DNA of 64,000 nucleotides from Candidatus Bathyarchaeota archaeon (GTDB taxonomy: Archaea; Thermoproteota; Bathyarchaeia; Bathyarchaeales; Bathycorpusculaceae), in NCBI GenBank assembly GCA_963832745.1, contig CAWHVC010000002.1, positions 32,001 to 96,000 on the forward strand. The letters are read 5' to 3'. Positions 20,975-30,728 of this stretch are shown here, piece after piece (within the stretch, counting starts at the first letter, position 1; each line of letters opens with the position of its first letter). Below the pieces are notes generated by a model. That model had not been told where the DNA came from. It was given only the letters and a program-made list of their open reading frames with translations, and ran no database searches. The translations under genes were made by a program, and so were the position numbers.

Positions 20975-22351
20975 TTAAGCTTTCAAAATCAACATTATCG
21001 CCAAATCATTAACATTGGTTCCAGTGCGACCCGTAAAAACAAGGTCTTCCAGCCTCAAAAAGAATCTGTACGAATCATTATCCTGCAAGAAACCTTCAGG
21101 GTTGAGTTCCAACAGTTTTGCTCTTTTCAGAGTGGTGTCGTCGATTATTGCTCCTGTCGCATCTGTTGGGCCATCCACTCCGTCGGTGCTCAAAGCAGCA
21201 AAAACAAAACCTTCCAGCCCCTTAAAATGCAATGCCAAAGCTAAAGCAAGCTCCTGGTTTCTTCCACCTAAGCCTTTACCTTTTACTGTAACAGTGGTTT
21301 CTCCCCCAGCAATGAGGCAAATGGGTTTTGAAGCGTCGGTTGCGGTTTTACGGATTTTTTTGGCAAGGGTTTCTGCGGTTTGTTGTGCTTCACCTTCAAG
21401 TGGGTCAGATAACAGATAAGTTTCCACTTTTTGCTTTTCAAAATAATTTTTTACGGCATTGCATGCCGATTGGTTGCTGCCAATAATTACGTTGTAAACT
21501 TTTTCAAAGGCTGGGTTGCCGGGTTTGGGGGTTTCAGCAATTTCACCTTTTAATCCTCTGGTAAGCGTTTCTTTTACCCCTTCGGGTGCTATGTCCCAAA
21601 TTCTGTATTTCCTTAAAATTTCTGCTGCGTCTTTGAAGGTTGTCTTATCAGGTGCTGTTGGTCCAGACGCGATTTCTCCCAGTCCATCACCTACTACATC
21701 AGAAATTATTAAGCTTAGAACCGTTGCTGGATACGCTTCCTTCGCTAAGTTGCCACCTTTAAAGGCTGAAAGATGCTTTCTAACAGTGTTAACTTCAGCA
21801 ATGGCTGCGCCGCTTTCAAGCAACATTTTTGTAAGTTCCTGTTTATCCTTAAGCGTTACACCCCTTCGTGGTAGCGGCATAAGGCTTGAACCACCCCCTG
21901 AAATTAAGCAAATCAAAAGGTCATCTTTACCTGCTTGATTGGCGATTTGAAGCATCTGTTTTGCGCCTAAAACTCCCGCTTCGTCGGGAACCGGATGACT
22001 CGCTTCATTGAGCACAATCTTTTCTGTTTTGAGCCTGTTGCCTTTGGGAACGTTTATTATTCCGTGGGTTATCCGCTTCCCTAAAGTTTGCTCTAAGGCT
22101 GCCGCCATTTTTCCGCTGGCTTTACCTCCGCCAACAACGTAAATGTGGCTGAATTTTTTTAAATCAAAAATTAAGCTGTCGACTTTAAGGGTTGAATTGT
22201 GCATTGCAAGTTTAGATTGGATGATTTTTTGGGGTTGAACAGCGTTTAGGGCTGCTTCATAACTATCAAGAATTAGCTTGCGTGCTTTTTTTAACGTTTC
22301 AGTTTGGCCTTTGTTAATCAAATGAACCTTATTTTCTACCTTTACAGTCAT
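20975..22351 (-). CDS. gck: Glycerate 2-kinase (MOFRL family)
   Basis: GGGKA, ASHPVP, LISGGGS, SDV.GD..IASGP, GGET, GGRNQE, TDG.DG, TGTNVND. Confidence 0.93.
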   Translation of the reverse strand: MTVKVENKVHLINKGQTETLKKARKLILDSYEAALNAVQPQKIIQSKLAMHNSTLKVDSLIFDLKKFSHIYVVGGGKASGKMAAALEQTLGKRITHGIINVPKGNRLKTEKIVLNEASHPVPDEAGVLGAKQMLQIANQAGKDDLLICLISGGGSSLMPLPRRGVTLKDKQELTKMLLESGAAIAEVNTVRKHLSAFKGGNLAKEAYPATVLSLIISDVVGDGLGEIASGPTAPDKTTFKDAAEILRKYRIWDIAPEGVKETLTRGLKGEIAETPKPGNPAFEKVYNVIIGSNQSACNAVKNYFEKQKVETYLLSDPLEGEAQQTAETLAKKIRKTATDASKPICLIAGGETTVTVKGKGLGGRNQELALALALHFKGLEGFVFAALSTDGVDGPTDATGAIIDDTTLKRAKLLELNPEGFLQDNDSYRFFLRLEDLVFTGRTGTNVNDLAIMLILKA

Positions 22352-22393
22352 AAATCCACTTTCAACTGTGCACTGGCATTTAGAGTTGTCATT

Positions 22394-23278
22394 TTAGCGT
22401 TTAATGTTTTTCATTTTCGCTTGCCTTTTCTTTCTAAAAGTCAATTCTATTAAAATAATTAATGAAACACCCACGGCTATTATCAACAAGATGTAAGGAG
22501 TTAACAATATGTTTACAAAAATCTCTAAAGCCCTCACAACAGGGTTATCTGTAAGTGATTGGGGCGCCGGTTCAGTTGCTGGAATGTACCCGTAAGCAAT
22601 ATTGCTTGGCAAAGAAAGCTCCTGTTTGATTGAAGGCACAGGCTGGTCTGGATTAATTATCCATTGAAAAGCGTTTGCAACCCCGTACATGTCCAAAGTG
22701 GAAATCTCGTATTGTGCACTGTAAATATCAAACAAGGGATACATCAAGTCACTACTTGAATTACTGTGTCCTATGCATAATGCGTGCCCAAACTCGTGAG
22801 CAGCTACGCTTTGAATATCTTTCTGCGTTAAAGTAATGTATTGTGACTGCGTGGCAAGGGTGATTAAACTTTTCTGGATTGTTCCGTTCTCATAGGGTAT
22901 AGTTGTTGTTGAACCGATTGCGTCTTGGCTGCCCGCATTGACAGACTCTGAAAAGTTGACGTAAATATCAAAATCTGGTTTTGTCTGGTTTGCTGTTTGA
23001 ACCTGCAAATTCAATGCCGAGAGATAATTAAAACCAGAATAATTAGCTGAAAAGTATGCGATTGCATAATTCCAGTCCTCTATGGCTCTTATGGTTGAAT
23101 TAACCAAGCCGGAAGACATGTCGCTCTGATTTTCTGAGATAATTAAGACTGTAAGCGTAGTTTTATTCCAAAGGTAACCGCCAACCTCAATAATTGCGGA
23201 GTCTTGCGGTTGGGCTTGAACCTGAAAAGCGGTTGATAGAACAATAAGCATAATCATCAGGTAACATAAAAAATTCAT
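22394..23278 (-). CDS. Membrane-anchored matrixin-type zinc metalloprotease
   Basis: HEFGHALCIGH + Met-turn (DLMYP); signal peptide; C-terminal TM. Confidence 0.88.
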   Translation of the reverse strand: MNFLCYLMIMLIVLSTAFQVQAQPQDSAIIEVGGYLWNKTTLTVLIISENQSDMSSGLVNSTIRAIEDWNYAIAYFSANYSGFNYLSALNLQVQTANQTKPDFDIYVNFSESVNAGSQDAIGSTTTIPYENGTIQKSLITLATQSQYITLTQKDIQSVAAHEFGHALCIGHSNSSSDLMYPLFDIYSAQYEISTLDMYGVANAFQWIINPDQPVPSIKQELSLPSNIAYGYIPATEPAPQSLTDNPVVRALEIFVNILLTPYILLIIAVGVSLIILIELTFRKKRQAKMKNIKR

Positions 23279-23381
23279 ACTAAAAATAACGTGTTTTTTA
23301 ATTTTAAAGTTAATGGTGAGAAAAAGCTTTATCGGCATTCAAAACCAAAGTGTAAATTGTAATGTTTTAACGGTAAAAAAT

Positions 23382-24275
23382 ATGAAGATTGGTTACCCAT
23401 GTATTAACGTCACCGTTGGCTGCACTAGTGGGCACACTTTTAGGCTTAAATCCTTTAGTGAAGACCGCCTAAAAGAAACCGTCAAAGCCAACATTCAATG
23501 CCTAACTCGGACACTGAAGTATAACAAAGAACATAACCTGTTGTTTTTCAGAATCTGCTCAGGTCTTGTACCCTTTGCTTCTCACCCAGTGAACACATTC
23601 AATTGGCAGAATCATTTCAAAGATGAATTTGGAGCCATAGGTGAATATATCAAGCAAAACGGTTTTCGGATTTCAGTTCATCCTGACCAGTTCACAATAA
23701 TCAACTCTATAGATGAAGCAATTTTTGAAAGAAGCAAAAAAGAACTGCAATATCACGCCCAAATTTTAAACCTGTTGCGTTTAGATGAGACCGCAAAGAT
23801 CCAGATTCACGTCGGCGGTGCCTACGGAAACAAACCTCAAAGCATGCTAACCTTCATTGACCGGTATAGTCGGCTTGATGAAGAAATAAAACGGAGACTC
23901 GTAATCGAAAATGACGAGCGCCTCTTTGACGTTGACGACTGCCTTGAAATCTCCTCTAAAACCGGAATTCCAGTTCTTTTTGACGCGTTTCACCATAAAA
24001 TAAAACATCGCCCTGAGAAGGAAAACATTGATTTTGGGTTGATTAACAGGACATGGACGCAAAAGGATGGGTTGCCGATGGTGGATTACAGCTCACAAAA
24101 GCCCCAAGGCAAACCTGGCCAGCACACTCAGAGCATTGACACGTCAGATTTTGAAGCTTTTTTGAAAAGAACTTTTCCTTTTGATTTTGACGTGATGCTT
24201 GAAATTAAGGACAAGGAAGCAAGCGCGGAAAAAGCCTTGAAAATTGCTTTAAATGACCCAAGAACAAGGACTTAA
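23382..24275 (+). CDS. uvsE: UV damage endonuclease
   Basis: KIGYPC, FFR...PFASH, HPDQF, HVGG.YG, IEND, DAFHH, MLEIKDKE. Confidence 0.93.
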   Translation: MKIGYPCINVTVGCTSGHTFRLKSFSEDRLKETVKANIQCLTRTLKYNKEHNLLFFRICSGLVPFASHPVNTFNWQNHFKDEFGAIGEYIKQNGFRISVHPDQFTIINSIDEAIFERSKKELQYHAQILNLLRLDETAKIQIHVGGAYGNKPQSMLTFIDRYSRLDEEIKRRLVIENDERLFDVDDCLEISSKTGIPVLFDAFHHKIKHRPEKENIDFGLINRTWTQKDGLPMVDYSSQKPQGKPGQHTQSIDTSDFEAFLKRTFPFDFDVMLEIKDKEASAEKALKIALNDPRTRT

Positions 24276-24349
24276 CGTGGTTTTCCTTTTAGTTGGGCTG
24301 CAAAAGCTGCTTGGGTTTTTCTGTTCCTTGCTGTTTGGGTGACCATTGT

Positions 24350-26149
24350 TTACTCCGCCAAACAATTTGAAGTCACAAAGGTTTGAATAAGCTGACTATT
24401 GCTTGTAGGATATAAAAACGTAAAGCTTTCAAGTTTGCCAATTGGTAAAGTGATAGTAAATTTGGTTCCATTATTTTTTGAAGTTGTAAACGATATTTTT
24501 CCGTCATGTGCGTCGATGACACGTTTGCATATTGCCAAACTCATACCCATACCTTTAGCTTTAGTTGTTACTAAGGGCGAAAAAATGTTGGGCAAGACAT
24601 CTTCAGAAATGCCTGCACCTGAATCTGTAAAGGACACTTCAACTTGGTCCTCCTTTACAAGGTTTGCTATTACTATTCTGCCCTCTGCTGCAATTGAATC
24701 AAACGCGTTCTTGATAAGATTAGCAAAAACCATCTCCATCTTTTGAGCATCCACGTAAAGTTTAGGTTGTTCTGTAGTCAAATCTATCACTTTGATTTTA
24801 TCGGGCACTTTAAGCTTTGAAAGCGCGTTAACTGTTAAAGACTTAACTGTGCACCTCTCAAATTGTAACTGAAAATCCGCGGAGTACTCAACTAAACTGT
24901 TAATGATTCGGTCTGAATCAGAAATTGCGGTTTCAATCCAGTCGCAAACTTTTAACCGTTCAGCCTCAGACATGGCTCCGTTCTTTTTCTTGATTAGATA
25001 AACGCTGCTTTTTATGGCTGCCAATGGATTGCGTAGGTCATGCCCGATTTGTCCTGCAAGCTCACCTATAGACGCTAACCGTTCAGTTTTAAGAAGTCTT
25101 TCTTCCATCTCAATGCGGCTGGTAATGTCTTTCATAATGCAAGTAATGCCGATGGGTTTGCCTTTTTTGTTTGGAACAATAGAGCCTGAAAATAGAACCT
25201 GCTTGACTTCTCCTGTTTTCGTTTTAAGTTCAAGCTCATAATTGATCAAGACATTTTTAGTTTTCAGTTCCGCTAAAATATTGTTTAATGTTGCTTCTTG
25301 GTTTTGGGCAAAAAGTAGTGATAGCTTTTTTGAATTTATTTCTTCTTTTGTAAAACCTAAAAAGTCAATTAATCGGTCGTTTACTCTTAACATTTGTGCT
25401 TTTTCGTCTGTTAAAATAAACGGGTCTGGAATTGTAGTGATTATCTGCTCAAAAGCTAATTCTGTGTCAAGAGTAAATAGTTCATATTTGACGATTGCGT
25501 GGCCGACAAGGAGACTGAAAAACAGGGTGGCGCTTATTCCAAGATTAGGAAAATCCATGTTTAAGGATCTTGTTAGCATATTTGTAACTATGAAAGTGGC
25601 TATTGGAATTGCAAAGCCTACTGCTACATATTTTGCTTGTGAGCGTTCTGTTGTGTCAGTTGAAGCTTGGTAATATCTAAAGCAGAGAGCAAATGCAATA
25701 ATTGGAAGTACGGAAGCCCAAATTGTTGATAAATAATAAAGTGGGGTTCCTGACATAATGTCATTGTATCCCCAGTATTTTAGTTTGGGCGCAGTGTTTA
25801 TTTGATAAGTAAAAAAGTCAATTAACCAAAAAGTTATGGCCGGCAAATAGAGGACTAAATAATTTTGTTTATTTTTTATCCAATTGCTTTTAGTAAATAT
25901 TAAAGCAAAATTGAGCACAAGAACCACAAAGAAAGGCCATCCTGTTCCCATTTTGTGCCAAAAAAGCGCTGATGCCGCGTCCGGTGAATTCCACATCATA
26001 ACAGTGCTGAATTGGTAAACAAATGCTGCTATGCTTGTTAGGAAAAATAGTTTGTTGAGGAAGGCTTTTCTGTTGAATGAATAAACGATGATGCCTAACG
26101 CTAAGCATATGATGGTGGCTGAGAGTGAGAGCAGGGTAAACCAGTTCAT
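24350..26149 (-). CDS. Sensor histidine kinase (7TM + PAS + HisKA + HATPase)
   Basis: Seven TM helices; HDLRNPL H-box; NLIKNA, DSGAG, GMGMSL boxes. Confidence 0.92.
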   Translation of the reverse strand: MNWFTLLSLSATIICLALGIIVYSFNRKAFLNKLFFLTSIAAFVYQFSTVMMWNSPDAASALFWHKMGTGWPFFVVLVLNFALIFTKSNWIKNKQNYLVLYLPAITFWLIDFFTYQINTAPKLKYWGYNDIMSGTPLYYLSTIWASVLPIIAFALCFRYYQASTDTTERSQAKYVAVGFAIPIATFIVTNMLTRSLNMDFPNLGISATLFFSLLVGHAIVKYELFTLDTELAFEQIITTIPDPFILTDEKAQMLRVNDRLIDFLGFTKEEINSKKLSLLFAQNQEATLNNILAELKTKNVLINYELELKTKTGEVKQVLFSGSIVPNKKGKPIGITCIMKDITSRIEMEERLLKTERLASIGELAGQIGHDLRNPLAAIKSSVYLIKKKNGAMSEAERLKVCDWIETAISDSDRIINSLVEYSADFQLQFERCTVKSLTVNALSKLKVPDKIKVIDLTTEQPKLYVDAQKMEMVFANLIKNAFDSIAAEGRIVIANLVKEDQVEVSFTDSGAGISEDVLPNIFSPLVTTKAKGMGMSLAICKRVIDAHDGKISFTTSKNNGTKFTITLPIGKLESFTFLYPTSNSQLIQTFVTSNCLAE

Positions 26150-26329
26150 GGGTCTTAACAGTTATTGTTTTTGGCTGGTTCTTCTTATAACTGATATGAT
26201 GTTTGGCTACATATCTTTGAGTAAGAAGCGGCAGAATTATTATTTTAAATCAGCAACCCGAAAAAAATCTGGTTGGGTGTATTTAGAAGGATGAGATTTA
26301 CATCAAATATGCTTTATGCATTTTTTATT

Positions 26330-27034
26330 TTATTGTGCGGTTTGGTTTTCTTTTTTTCCTGCGATGCCTGCTAAGCGTGAAATCAAAATGGCGATAAACA
26401 GTGTTCCTATGATGGGCTCTAACATTACAAGTGATTGTGCCTGTAAAGTGTTCGGCGTCATAAGTCCATCTATCGTTGTTAACGCGTAATAACTGTAATA
26501 GATAAAATTAGAAAAATCGTACGTTGGCGGGGTTGATATGCTGGAAAAGGAGCCTGGCGTGTATAATTCAATCAAACGATAAATCGAAGCGAAAGTTAAC
26601 CCTATTAAAAGATAAGTTGCAACCCCACCCCATATGAAATCTGTTTCAATATTTTTCTTGCGCTGGGTTCTAATTATGTTGATAAAGATTAATGCTCCAA
26701 TAAGCGAGAAAGAAATTGTTGTAAAAAATCTGGCAAGCTCTTCACTGCGTAAGCTTCCTTGAATTGTAAAGAACCAAATAAAAACAAGGGTTACTAAAGC
26801 TATTATCAGGGCTATTGGGCCAGTTTTTTTCTCTTGTTTCACGGACAATCCTGCAATAACCAGCACTAATGAGACAATAAGGGAAAGAAACAATTCGCCA
26901 AAATAGCCTTGGCTGTAAGGGATAAAAAGCAAGTAAAATATGATGGAGACCACTAACAAGAAATATTTTGAATCATAAAACCATTTCTTGAATTTTTCAA
27001 TGATATTAGAAGAAACAGATGATATTGAAATCAC
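26330..27034 (-). CDS. Ion-channel-like membrane protein with degenerate pore motif
   Basis: YLLIGLTFASIY...FIYYSYYALTT...P...LFIAILISRL pattern of 2-TM pore modules. Confidence 0.7.
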   Translation of the reverse strand: MISISSVSSNIIEKFKKWFYDSKYFLLVVSIIFYLLFIPYSQGYFGELFLSLIVSLVLVIAGLSVKQEKKTGPIALIIALVTLVFIWFFTIQGSLRSEELARFFTTISFSLIGALIFINIIRTQRKKNIETDFIWGGVATYLLIGLTFASIYRLIELYTPGSFSSISTPPTYDFSNFIYYSYYALTTIDGLMTPNTLQAQSLVMLEPIIGTLFIAILISRLAGIAGKKENQTAQ

Positions 27035-27148
27035 CTAAAACAAGAGCATAACTTTACAATAGATTTCTAATTAGTGACTACCATTTAAGGGTTAATGCTT
27101 GCTTTGATTATTGAATAGGGCTACATTGTAAGGCATTTGTGGGTTTAT

Positions 27149-28001
27149 CTAAAATTTTTTGGTGATTTCTTGGCAGCGTGTCCATAGTTTTTCTTGCATT
27201 TCGAGGTTATAGGCTGATTTGTTGCATTGAACTTCATTGAGTTTTTCATCATAGTAAAATCCAGGATGTTTTTCTTCGGTGGACAGAGCAGTGTAAACGG
27301 TGGCCATATCTTCTGGTGACATAGAAAACCGGCTTTTTATTTTATACATCCTCTTTGAGTATGGATGAAATATTGGCGTATCTGTTTATGTCAACTTTTA
27401 CGTTGGTAACCCTGACAGCATTCACCAACACAGAGGTATCCTTCAACTGGCTTCTAAGATGTAGCGAGTTCATAAGCAGCGCCAGCTTGGTTTGATAATA
27501 CGTTTTGGATGGACTATATTTTTCAGGTGAAACCAGTTTCTCAATATCCAACTGAATGTTAGGGTATAACGTTAGCCCTTTGGACGAAATGTTGATGATG
27601 CGCGCGTCAGTCTGCGTCTGCATCGCGGGCAAAAGCATGTTTGTGAGAAGAAAAGGTGCAATAGTGTTAGTTGCAAACTGCACTTCATAGCCCTCATCAG
27701 AAAAAACTGGTTTCTTTCGGCTCAGGTCAAAATCTGCAGCGTTATTAATCAAAACATCTAATGTTCCCCAATCGTGAATGACCTGCTGGGCAAGTGAGCG
27801 GACATCACGCATCAATGACAAATCCGCTTGATACAGTTTTATTTCTTTGTTTTGCGTTTCCCTTACAAGCTGCTCTTTGGCAGCAAGCCCTTTATCAAGG
27901 CTACGGCACACAAGAAGCATCCGATATCCTTTTTGGGCAATCTGCCTAGCTGCACATTTGCCAATACCGGAATTAGCCCCAGTAATCAAACACGTTTTCA
28001 T
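27149..28001 (-). pseudogene. Short-chain dehydrogenase/reductase, one frameshift at ~27350
   Basis: TGANSGIG, NNAA, YYQTK; 27342-28001 joins 27149-27349 (…QEKLW) if one base is removed. Confidence 0.8.
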
Positions 28002-28221
28002 ATTGTGTTCTTACTATAGCCAAGCAATTTAGTCTTTGCCAAAAGCAAGGGGGCAAAGGGCTGACAAAAAATTAGTTTGATTCAATTTGCCGTGAATGAT
28101 GCAGGGTGTGAGGATTTTTTATAATCTGTTTTTTTCCGAAAGAAACTTCCACGAAGAAGGGAACGTCAAGCAATAAACTTTAATCCAAGTCAAAACAATA
28201 AAGCCAAGTAAGTGACAATAA

Positions 28222-28435
28222 ATGGACCGAAAACTAAAACTTATATCCGACCCCCAACAGGGAACCAAAACCGTTTACGCATCTAAAACGTTACCAGTCA
28301 TAAAAAGCAAGCGTGGCAAATACTACCTATCTATGTGGCAATTGTGGAGCAAAGATAGGCGAGACTATCGTCGAAGGAAAATTCAAGAACGTTGTATTAA
28401 AGTGTCCAACCTGCAACCTCTACAACGAAGTATAA
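28222..28435 (+). pseudogene. Small zinc-ribbon protein, frameshifted at ~28310
   Basis: Second frame reads TTYLCGNCGAKIGETIVEGKFKNVVLKCPTCNLYNEV*. Confidence 0.6.
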
Positions 28436-28809
28436 TTTGGTGAGTTTTCTGCTCAAGTAACGGAAACTTGAAAACCACTGCTTGGAATGTAGAATATTCT
28501 ACTTTTCCATCTTTATGCGTTTTCGCTCTTAAACGCTTAATTTTATTTTTAGCCATTCGTTATCTAACGTGACAGACAAAAAACAGTTAACAGGCTTAAT
28601 CAGGGGCTACCTATTTTGTGTAGATTGGTGCAGGGCTGGGGTTCTAAAGGGTATGGCTAATCAAGAAAGGCTTGACTTTCTAAAACGTAACGAGTCACTA
28701 TAGTAAATCGTGTCCTGAAGAGCGAATCAAGAAACAGTTTTACGATACTCAAATTGAAACTGAATAAACAAATGAAAAATAGGGTGAAAGGGGGGCTTTT
28801 TAGTTTGAA

Positions 28810-29016
28810 TTAAAATCCGCTCCCGTCTGATACACCATCACCCGCATTTGGGGCTGGTCCAATACCTGGCGTATCGGGTTGAATGTATTGGTTGCCGCTT
28901 GGAATGCCGTCACCTGAATCAGGTGCTGGTCCAACGGCGGTGCTAGCTACTGCGATTCCAGAAAGCACTGTTAAAGACAATATTGCAACAATAACTAAAG
29001 CGCTAATCAACTTCAT
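28810..29016 (-). CDS. Small secreted peptide with duplicated GPAP(D/N)xGDG motif
   Basis: Signal peptide + GPAPDSGDGIPSG / GPAPNAGDGVSDGSGF; GGTGGTGA SD upstream. Confidence 0.75.
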   Translation of the reverse strand: MKLISALVIVAILSLTVLSGIAVASTAVGPAPDSGDGIPSGNQYIQPDTPGIGPAPNAGDGVSDGSGF

Positions 29017-29069
29017 GCTTTTTCACCACCTATGGAACAATAAAGTTGCTATCAAAAATAAGGATAACT

Positions 29070-29087
29070 TTGAAACGAGCGTTTCAA
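29070..29087. promoter_or_regulatory. Perfect 8-bp inverted repeat between divergent genes (putative operator)
   Basis: TTGAAACG-AG-CGTTTCAA. Confidence 0.4.
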
Positions 29088-29285
29088 GATTTTTAATTTA
29101 ATGGATAAAGACAATGTGTTTCTCGTTTGTTTTGTGTGTGCATTTCGTTGTTTCAAATAAGTGGTATTAAATTTTTTTAGAACGATTTTTGTACTTTAAC
29201 GGGCACAGCACTAATTATCTATTAAATTCTTTGTTGGTAAAGTCTTATATCAAGAAGCTAACAATCAAGTAAACAAGGGATTGGC

Positions 29286-30563
29286 TTGAAGGCTAAATTG
29301 GTTGTAGCTCTTGTTGTTGCCGTGTTTGTTATTAGTTCAGTTATGGCGGTTTCGGCTGAGACTAAGACAAGTGTTTGGAGAGAAGAAATGAATTACCAAA
29401 GCCTTAACCAACTTGAAGCGGGAGGCTGGACTGTTACTCATGAGGCTGGTGTTAGCTTCTCTGGCAGCGTAATAGTTTTAGATGGCACCTCACAGGATAC
29501 TTCTATCCACTACGCCCAAATTTCCTCAGGAATCTCAAACTGGAAAGTTGAAGATAAAAGCAGATGGACTCTGGGTAGCCACTGCGGAAACAGCATAACC
29601 GCAGTAACCGACAAACATTCCTACGCTTTTGCGGCTGATGGCTGGTATGGCAACTATGCATTCTATCGAGATGGACAAAAAACAACCTTTGGCAGCTACC
29701 AAGAAAACAAGAACGCATGGTTCACGCTGGCAATAGAAAAGCAAGGTAACCAGATCAACATGTACTATAACGGGGAAATAAAGAGCACTTACACGGAAAC
29801 AGATACTTCAACTTCTCAACTAATCAGAGTAGACGCAGTTTCACCTTGGAAGGGCGGCTCGGAATACGATTATTTTGAGGTCTGGCAAATTGGAGATGTT
29901 AGCACTCAAGAGGCACAGGAGTCGCTTCTAAGTAACCCGATAGTTATCGGCGGAATAGTTGGAGCGGTTGGTGTTGGTGTTGTTGGTGTATTGTATTTCT
30001 TTGTGTTCGGTGGTGCTGGAGGCGCGGCGTCGGGTAGTGCTGGAGCATCTGGCTCATCTGTCGGCGGTTCAGGTGGCGGTGGAGGCTCAGGTAGTGGTGG
30101 CGAAGAAAATCCTATGCTGCACCCAACCGGGGGCGGTACACTTGTTCACCCGTCCAGTAACGGTTCTAGCACTTTGCAAAGCAGTGTTCCAAGTACCTTA
30201 CAGAGTACTCAAGCAAGCACATTAAATGAGGTAGCTATGAATGACACAAGTGGAATACCAACAAAATTTACACACGACGAATTATATAATGGCATAAATA
30301 GTCCAGGTGGTGCAGTGACAGCGAATTCAGACTCACAAGCCACTATGAATCAACAAAATAGCCAACAATTTGAGCAAAATGCCGCGAATGCAGATAGGTT
30401 AAGACTCAACCAGCAATTACAGGATCAAATAAATAAGCCGCAACAACAAATTCAACAAAACAAAATTAACACCCAAAATAAGATTCATCAGCAAACAGAT
30501 CAGCTTCTTCAGGGTTCAAGCGGTGAAGTAGCCGATAGTGGTGGTTCAGGCGGCGAGAGCTAA
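29286..30563 (+). CDS. Type-I membrane protein: ConA/LamG-like ectodomain, TM, G/S- and Q/N-rich cytoplasmic tail
   Basis: Signal peptide; WFTLAIEKQGNQINMYYNG; TM; low-complexity tail. Confidence 0.7.
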   Translation: MKAKLVVALVVAVFVISSVMAVSAETKTSVWREEMNYQSLNQLEAGGWTVTHEAGVSFSGSVIVLDGTSQDTSIHYAQISSGISNWKVEDKSRWTLGSHCGNSITAVTDKHSYAFAADGWYGNYAFYRDGQKTTFGSYQENKNAWFTLAIEKQGNQINMYYNGEIKSTYTETDTSTSQLIRVDAVSPWKGGSEYDYFEVWQIGDVSTQEAQESLLSNPIVIGGIVGAVGVGVVGVLYFFVFGGAGGAASGSAGASGSSVGGSGGGGGSGSGGEENPMLHPTGGGTLVHPSSNGSSTLQSSVPSTLQSTQASTLNEVAMNDTSGIPTKFTHDELYNGINSPGGAVTANSDSQATMNQQNSQQFEQNAANADRLRLNQQLQDQINKPQQQIQQNKINTQNKIHQQTDQLLQGSSGEVADSGGSGGES

Positions 30564-30728
30564 AAGGCTCTATGGATTCAATCTATACAACGATTTCCTT
30601 GACTGCGGAAACCTACGCTTATAGAATCTGCATAATTTGTAGACTTACACAAAGATGCCGATAATGTGTTGTTGGTGCAGTGGTCTTCAGTCAAAAAACT
30701 TCCTTAGCTTTTGAAATGGTTCGCTTAT

